Assembly (NCBI GenBank): GCA_043753995.1
Contig: JAYUVP010000276.1
Span: 1-12,950 of the forward strand
From: Fibrobacterota bacterium
GTDB lineage: Bacteria > Fibrobacterota > Fibrobacteria > UBA11236
Direction: 5' to 3'
DNA length: 12,950 nucleotides
Every line of letters starts with the position of its first letter. Position 1 is the stretch's first letter. The notes below the pieces were generated by a model. The model had not been told where the DNA came from and ran no database searches. It saw nothing but the letters and a program-made list of their open reading frames with translations. Positions 7,985-12,950 of this stretch are shown here, in pieces. Position numbers and translations under genes: made by a program.

Positions 7985-9300
7985 ACAGCGGCCTCGATAG
8001 CTACTAGGGGAAGGAAATAAACACTTGCTGTTCCTAATTTCCCATTCAGGCAATTTTCGCCTTTGCGGGCACGCTCCAGCCATTCGCTTTCCGGTAATAG
8101 CTTTACGGCAACATGCCGCTCACTGCGGCCCGGGCAGGGATCTTGATCGTCCAATCCGATACGTGTATGCTTCGCATCCATGGGCTTGATTTGCTGGGCT
8201 AGGCAGCCTTCGGCATAGGCAAAAGCCGCCGGCTTAAAAGCACAGCTTTCTTCCCCAAAGGCGCAGCGTACGGCTCCTGAAACCAGATGCAATTTGGCCG
8301 CCCAGGGTGAGGACTTGGCCTCGGCGCGAAACTCGGCGAAAGCCCCTTCGGGGACTTGAACCAAAATCAGCGAAGCCTTGGCCGCCAAGGCACGATAGGC
8401 TGGGGTCCAAAGGGCATCCCAAGTTTCAAAGCCTGCCATGGCCAAAATTTCAACTGGACCTTGATGCGCCGTCAAAGCCGTGGAGATTGCCTCGACATCG
8501 GCCCGTGGTGCCACCATCCAGCCAATTTGCTTAGAACGTCCTCGTATGACCTTGGTTAAGGCCGACATGCCTGCGGCCCACCCAAAAAGAATGCCCAGAC
8601 CGGCTTGTTCGGCATGGGCTTGCATATGCTTGCGAAAAGCGCGGAAGGCCTCCAGTAAGGCCGTGGCATTAGCCTTATCCAAACTGAAGCCCGTCGATTC
8701 GCTGCCCACCTGGGAAATGAATTGTTGAGCCGCCCCAACAGCAGGGGACTCCATACCCACGTCGACCTGATTGAGGAGGGCCGCCAGAGGATCGACGGTT
8801 CCTCCTAGGTGTAGCGGCTTAGCCGGGGCTGTAGGCATTTCGGCATGTCGAAAAACTTCGGTGGCCAAATGATTTCGCCAATCTACCGGCAGTCCAATTC
8901 GATCGAGCCGAGATCGAAAAGTCGTCGCATCGAGGCGGCCAGCTAAAGCGTTTTCAAGCAAGCCCACGGATTCGGTGAGCTGGGCGAGTATAGGCTGATC
9001 TTCATGAAACCTGCCGGGATGAAGCAAGTGCTTGCCCCGCAATTGCCAAATCCATTCTCCAGCCGGCCACCCAGGCACGGGCGATTCGCTGGTGCCCAGG
9101 CTTGCCGTAAGAGTTAAACGCTCTTTTAATTCTTCCGTTTGTCCATTATGGAACGGGATAAATCCCGACCCTTGCACTTGCATGGGGCAAGCGAAGAGGT
9201 ACAGACTGTATTGGGATTCACCAGAATTGGCGCTTCCTTGAGGTAAGGACACACCACTGTCTTTTACCGCACGGACTGAGAAATCTGAAAATTCACCCAC
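7981..9300 (-). CDS. Hypothetical protein, 439 aa; tentatively a highly diverged TssB-TssC (VipA/VipB) contractile-sheath fusion
   Basis: The coding status is well supported: long ORF, GTG at 9300 with GGAG 7 nt upstream, and a stop overlapping the next start. The family call is by eye only: LRGKHLLHPGRFHEDQPILAQL resembles TssB FxSLxDFxPDxIxxQVPxL; AFAEFRAEAKSSPWAAKLHL, FKPAAFAYA and ESEWLERARKGENCLNGKLGTASVYF follow the order of TssC blocks. The confidence value reflects the family call. Confidence 0.5.
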   Translation of the reverse strand: MGEFSDFSVRAVKDSGVSLPQGSANSGESQYSLYLFACPMQVQGSGFIPFHNGQTEELKERLTLTASLGTSESPVPGWPAGEWIWQLRGKHLLHPGRFHEDQPILAQLTESVGLLENALAGRLDATTFRSRLDRIGLPVDWRNHLATEVFRHAEMPTAPAKPLHLGGTVDPLAALLNQVDVGMESPAVGAAQQFISQVGSESTGFSLDKANATALLEAFRAFRKHMQAHAEQAGLGILFGWAAGMSALTKVIRGRSKQIGWMVAPRADVEAISTALTAHQGPVEILAMAGFETWDALWTPAYRALAAKASLILVQVPEGAFAEFRAEAKSSPWAAKLHLVSGAVRCAFGEESCAFKPAAFAYAEGCLAQQIKPMDAKHTRIGLDDQDPCPGRSERHVAVKLLPESEWLERARKGENCLNGKLGTASVYFLPLVAIEAAV

Positions 9301-9458
9301 GCCCTTGCTCCATGTCACGAAGTTCGCGAAAAACTGCCCCAATAAGGAGTAAAGAAAACATAGATACACCCTTTAGGCTTGTACTTCGTAAGTCGCGGAA
9401 ATTCCGTATCTTATTTCGAGGATCGAGAACGCAGATGAGGAGGAGAGGAGAATTGTTT

Positions 9459-12400
9459 TTGCCTGGAGCTATTTTCAGCCCTGGCCTTATAAGCCCTATT
9501 TGCCGCCAAATAGATCGACTTCGATCCAGGATATTCATCCTGGTCGGCCTTGGTATTGGCGTCGGACTTATCTCCCAAGGCCTTCAGGGTTGTGCTCCCT
9601 CACGAGCAGCATCGCCATCGCTTTCTCGGGCAGATGGCGTTGACGAGGACGGGCGATTCGCCTGGCATCCACCCTCGCCTCGCGATTCCCTGCCGGCTCG
9701 CCTAAGCCATTTATTTACGGGTGCGGGCCAAGTAACCTTGCCGGAAGGCGAATGGGCCGCGTCCGTACCCCAAAGCGAGAACCCGGGTTGGCCACGCACC
9801 GTAGCGCTTGAGTTACCCGACCGCCGAAGTCGCATCGCCGTTTTCGAAACTCGCTTTGCTCGTGGGGCTTACGCAACCAAAGACCTGGACCTGGCTTTGG
9901 CATTCCTATTCAAGCTGGATATGGCTCCCGCAAAGGTTGGAGAAATAGGAAGAAACCTTCGCCTTTATTTGCCGCCCCTGCCCCCGAAAAATCATTTGGG
10001 CCTGGCGTTATTGAGTGATACCAACTTGGTTTTCCTACACGTGAAAACCAGCGACACGATTTTAAAATCATCCATTCTCGCTTGGGCCGACACCTGCTCA
10101 CTTTTCGAACCTGGAAACCAAGGCAATGTGAATTCACAAAACACCTTTCTGGCCGCCATCGAAAACACCCTCGGTCTCAAAGCTACCGAAGATTCGGCAT
10201 ATTCCGAAGCGGCGGTTCGATTTCAACTGGCCATGACCTTGGACAGTTTGAATCCGCGCTATCTCGCCAATCGGGCCGCCATGGATCAGGCCTTGAAGCA
10301 CACCCCCGACGGCATACAACGCATTCTCGCCCATCCATCCTTGTTTCAGGATACGCGCTCCGGAGACATGTATGGCGTTTTAGGAGGGCTATATGAAGAG
10401 GTTGGAGATTATGAAAAGGCCAAGCAATGTGCCTTGAAAGGTCTGGAAAAGGACCCAGACAATCGCGAATGGCTTATCAATTTATCGGATGCCCTTTGGG
10501 GACTGGGAGATCGCGTACAAAGCAAAAACGTATTGCTGAGGCGCTATGCCGAAAAGCCCGATTTTCGCCTTTTGATTTATCTCGCGGGCACCTATCTCGG
10601 CTTGGAGGAATATGAGAATGCCCGCAATGTCTTGAAGCAGGCACAAAGCATGGGCCCTCCCGACATCAAATCGGTGGAATACACTTTACGTGCCCATATC
10701 GGCCTCAAGGATTTCGCTGCTGCGCAAGATTATGCCCACGAGTTGCAGGACAGCCTGCCAGAAAGCTCCATGATTCGCCTTCTTATCGGGATCACCGCAT
10801 TCAATCTCAAGCAATACCGTGAAGCCCTTCGCCAGGTGCAAATAGCCTTACAAATCGAGCCTTCCCTCCGCGAAGCTCAGGAATTGAGCACGCAAATCAC
10901 GACCTTGCTCGGCGGCAAAAGCAATCACATTCTACGCACCCCCTTGGCTCCGCTAAAGACAACCCTCCATTTACGCGATGCGCCCAAGCGTCTAAAAGAC
11001 TCCACTCTAGGGCCCATTATCCGATCCTATCCGCTCACCTTAATTGATCAGAATATCGTTTATAGCTGGGCACCGAATGCTGCTTGGCAAAAAACTCGGC
11101 ACCAGCTTTTTTTCATTCCAGATGGACGTCGCTTACTGCAGTTTTCCGAACTGAATTATGAGCTCAATCCCACTAGTATGCGCTTCTATGTCAATCGTTT
11201 TCGCCTATACGACAGCCTCATGCGCCCCCTCGACGATGGCAAATTGCGCGATTTTTATGTAACAGGAAATCACACTACCGATATGCATCCGGAAAACCTA
11301 TTGGTACACCTGCCTATCAAGGCCAAGGCAGGACCTCATTTTCTGGAGGTTATGACTACCGAGGCATCCCAAGTCGCTAGCCCAGATTTCCCCTATGTCC
11401 GATTTGAGCAGCAGGCCGTTTATCCTTTAGTCTCCACTCGTTTTGAAATATTGCATCCTCCGGCAAACCTATTGGTTTCTCCCCGCGGAGAATGCCGACT
11501 CGACAGCCTGCCCGATCGCTTAATTCTCACCATGACCAAGCCGGTATTGCCTCTCGATCGAAGCTTTTTTTCGACACCTCCTGAATTCAGCACCGGGTTT
11601 TCCGCCAGCCCATTTACCACCTGGCGAGATATCGGCAAATCCTATTGGGCCACCTTGGAGGCTGCGGGGCTGAGCCCCGATTCTCTCCCGTTTTCCGTGC
11701 GGGAAAGAGCCGCTGAAATTACCTCGGCCCGCCGCGATCTTGATCCGATAAAGGCCCTTTTCCGTTATGTCCGCGATTCTGTGCGCTATGACAATTATGA
11801 ATTCAGCCTTCAAGCGCAAATTCCCGTGCCATCCGATCAAATTTTGCAGAAGGGGCTGGCAGATTGCAAAGGTCATGCATTATTGCTGGTGCAAATGCTA
11901 AAATCCCTGGGCTACCAAGCCAATCTCTTCCTCGTCGATCTCGACCATCCTGGCGAACCCGAACTTCCCAGCCTCAATCAATTCAATCACATGATTGTTT
12001 TCATTCCAGCGCAAAAAGGCCAAAACGCCCTCTACCTGGATCCCACCGATAAATTCATGGCCTTTAGGCGTTCCCCACTCAACCTGGAAGGTCGCATAGG
12101 GCTCATCGTCGACCGTGAGACGTCCCGACTGGGTACCGTTCCCGAAATCGATATTCCCCAGGAGCATCAGGCGTTTGTTTATCATCGACTTGATGTCGGA
12201 AAGGATGGCTTGGCGGATGGCACCGATAGCGTGGTGCTCAACGGCAAATTAGCGTCTTGGTTTCGTGAACACTATCACAATTGGAACCAAGCGACTCGCC
12301 AGCAAACCCTGATGAGCTGGATGTCGGAAAATTACCCCCCATTCATCGAAAGGGGTTTCAGCCTCAACTTCGTTGACGATCCGGATCAACCGCTTTCCTT

Positions 12401-12797
12401 GGTATTCCGATATGAAACCCGCTTCGCCTTACAAAAGGGCGATCGTGACATTGAGCATTATCCTAAGTTGGAACTATCCTTTTTACGCTTCCCCCCGCCC
12501 CACCTATGCCGCCAGCCCGTTTATTTTGCCCATGAAGTGGGCATTCAGTCGGAATGGCTTTATCGCCTGCCCAAGGGATATGCCTGGAAAACCACGGATA
12601 TCGACCGGGAAGTGAATGCCAATTATTTACGCTGGAAATTTTCCATACAGCAAAGCGTTCCCGAAGACATAGTCGTCAAGCAGAAATGGCAAGTCGAGCC
12701 CTTTGTCGCCACCCCAGAAGAGTATGGCCGCTCCTATACCGAATGGAGCCCGATATTGGCGCGGGCTGGATTGCGATTGACAGCGAACCGACCCTAA
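9459..12797 (+). CDS. Exported (possibly lipo-) protein: TPR repeats + DUF3857-like + transglutaminase-like catalytic domain + C-terminal DUF3858-like domain
   Basis: Hydrophobic stretch IFILVGLGIGVGLISQGLQGC (Cys codon 9591). TPR-like repeats such as YGVLGGLYEEVGDYEKAKQCALKGLEKDPDNREWLINLSDALWGLGD. Triad GLADCKGHALLL (Cys 11865), FNHMIV (His 11988), YLDPT (Asp 12039). The start is uncertain: TTG 9459 or 9453 follow the GAGGAGGAGAGGAG run at 9437-9450, and ATG 9435 is also possible. The track's 9312 start would leave almost no room for divergent promoters. Confidence 0.85.
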   Translation: MPGAIFSPGLISPICRQIDRLRSRIFILVGLGIGVGLISQGLQGCAPSRAASPSLSRADGVDEDGRFAWHPPSPRDSLPARLSHLFTGAGQVTLPEGEWAASVPQSENPGWPRTVALELPDRRSRIAVFETRFARGAYATKDLDLALAFLFKLDMAPAKVGEIGRNLRLYLPPLPPKNHLGLALLSDTNLVFLHVKTSDTILKSSILAWADTCSLFEPGNQGNVNSQNTFLAAIENTLGLKATEDSAYSEAAVRFQLAMTLDSLNPRYLANRAAMDQALKHTPDGIQRILAHPSLFQDTRSGDMYGVLGGLYEEVGDYEKAKQCALKGLEKDPDNREWLINLSDALWGLGDRVQSKNVLLRRYAEKPDFRLLIYLAGTYLGLEEYENARNVLKQAQSMGPPDIKSVEYTLRAHIGLKDFAAAQDYAHELQDSLPESSMIRLLIGITAFNLKQYREALRQVQIALQIEPSLREAQELSTQITTLLGGKSNHILRTPLAPLKTTLHLRDAPKRLKDSTLGPIIRSYPLTLIDQNIVYSWAPNAAWQKTRHQLFFIPDGRRLLQFSELNYELNPTSMRFYVNRFRLYDSLMRPLDDGKLRDFYVTGNHTTDMHPENLLVHLPIKAKAGPHFLEVMTTEASQVASPDFPYVRFEQQAVYPLVSTRFEILHPPANLLVSPRGECRLDSLPDRLILTMTKPVLPLDRSFFSTPPEFSTGFSASPFTTWRDIGKSYWATLEAAGLSPDSLPFSVRERAAEITSARRDLDPIKALFRYVRDSVRYDNYEFSLQAQIPVPSDQILQKGLADCKGHALLLVQMLKSLGYQANLFLVDLDHPGEPELPSLNQFNHMIVFIPAQKGQNALYLDPTDKFMAFRRSPLNLEGRIGLIVDRETSRLGTVPEIDIPQEHQAFVYHRLDVGKDGLADGTDSVVLNGKLASWFREHYHNWNQATRQQTLMSWMSENYPPFIERGFSLNFVDDPDQPLSLVFRYETRFALQKGDRDIEHYPKLELSFLRFPPPHLCRQPVYFAHEVGIQSEWLYRLPKGYAWKTTDIDREVNANYLRWKFSIQQSVPEDIVVKQKWQVEPFVATPEEYGRSYTEWSPILARAGLRLTANRP

Positions 12798-12950
12798 AGA
12801 GTTTTGAATTTATTTCTTGGAGGCCAAAGCTGTTTACCTAATTGGAAACACCTCTCGAAATTTCGTTAAGACATTAGTGAATTTTAAAGCTTTTTACCCA
12901 AAGTGACCCTCCCTTTCCTGGGACTATTTTGAAGCCAAGGAATCCAGTAT

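Noticed and set aside
7985..8083. 33-aa N-terminal extension of the FHA-SLT protein
   Set aside because: It would overlap the upstream gene by about 100 nt. TTG 7984 with a GAGG SD and TTGA coupling is more parsimonious.
12798..12950. Terminator or promoter in the AT-rich 3' flank
   Set aside because: Only weak, imperfect inverted repeats and partial promoter matches; the next gene is outside the window.

Overview
Chromosomal window (roughly mid-50s % GC by eye) from a diderm bacterium. The TpiA and Pgk sequences remind me of Fibrobacterota, but I have not verified this. The minus strand carries, in transcription order: a 439-aa protein whose motif order resembles a highly diverged TssB-TssC (T6SS contractile sheath) fusion, translationally coupled to an FHA / transmembrane / coiled-coil / MltD-type lytic transglycosylase fusion; the housekeeping block gap-pgk-tpiA-secG-tRNA-Leu(GAG); and an ATGA-coupled trio of psd, an EndoIII/DUF2400-like [4Fe-4S]-motif protein and a 3'-truncated exported protein that the ORF track misses. 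The plus strand carries one large divergent gene for an exported TPR + DUF3857-like + transglutaminase-fold protein with an intact Cys-His-Asp triad. The best candidate for an undescribed system is the orphan sheath-like plus FHA-transglycosylase pair, which has no hcp, vgrG, baseplate or clpV genes in the window. The GAPDH is of the unusual trypanosomatid-glycosomal/Treponema type. I saw no mobile elements or CRISPR arrays. All family calls are from motif recognition by eye, not from database searches.
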